Of a DNA stretch of 17,131 bases, positions 17,005 through 17,131 are shown in pieces. The notes below the pieces were generated by a model. The model was not told where the DNA came from. It made no database searches and saw nothing but the letters and a program-made list of their open reading frames with translations. Source of the DNA: Candidatus Margulisiibacteriota bacterium. Its GTDB lineage: Bacteria > Margulisbacteria > WOR-1 > O2-12-FULL-45-9. The stretch covers positions 1-17,131 of the forward strand of contig JAYEOW010000015.1 in assembly GCA_034723395.1 (NCBI GenBank), given 5' to 3'. Made by a program: the position numbers and the translations under genes. Every line of letters begins with the position of its first letter. Position 1 is the stretch's first letter.

Positions 17005-17131
17005 TTAAATCCAAATTAAAAAATCCAAAATCCCAACAATGTGTCGCCTTCCTCCTTCGCTCTACGAGCTTCGGAGGACAAGTCGGCGACAAATTATTAT
17101 ATTTCATTTAACTTTTTCAACTATCGAGCTC
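17005..17131 (-). mobile_element. Heptamer-arm cassette, copy 4 (truncated by the window edge)
   Basis: 127 nt identical to 8365-8491. Confidence 0.8.
17104..17131 (-). CDS. 3' end of a further four-helix-bundle gene (…SSIVEKVK*)
   Basis: Identical to 8464-8491. Confidence 0.75.

Overview
Bacterial window (code 11) in which almost all genes run on the minus strand. From 5' to 3' of that strand: a giant 2666-aa secreted, Gly-rich, modular fibre/adhesin-like protein; a four-helix-bundle (23S rRNA IVP/Avd-like) gene; a wHTH-MNT/HEPN toxin-antitoxin pair; a secreted FN3/DUF11-like protein; mutM; a second near-identical four-helix-bundle gene; an FAH-family hydrolase; a C39-like peptidase; tRNA-Arg(CCG); a third, divergent four-helix-bundle gene; and a TMTC-like GT-C/TPR glycosyltransferase. 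The 3' end of an integrase-core transposase is on the + strand at the left edge. The most unusual feature is a small repeated cassette bounded by imperfect ~35-bp inverted arms made of five AAATCCA-type heptamers. It occurs four times at gene junctions: once empty, twice carrying the four-helix-bundle gene, and once truncated by the window edge. It encodes no transposase and has REP-like hairpins nested inside. A second, octamer-based empty inverted array lies at 3479-3614. Two orphan copies of the 5' end of the FN3/DUF11 gene are interleaved with the inserted modules, suggesting serial insertion with gene-start replacement. All family calls come from motif recognition by eye, with no database search.
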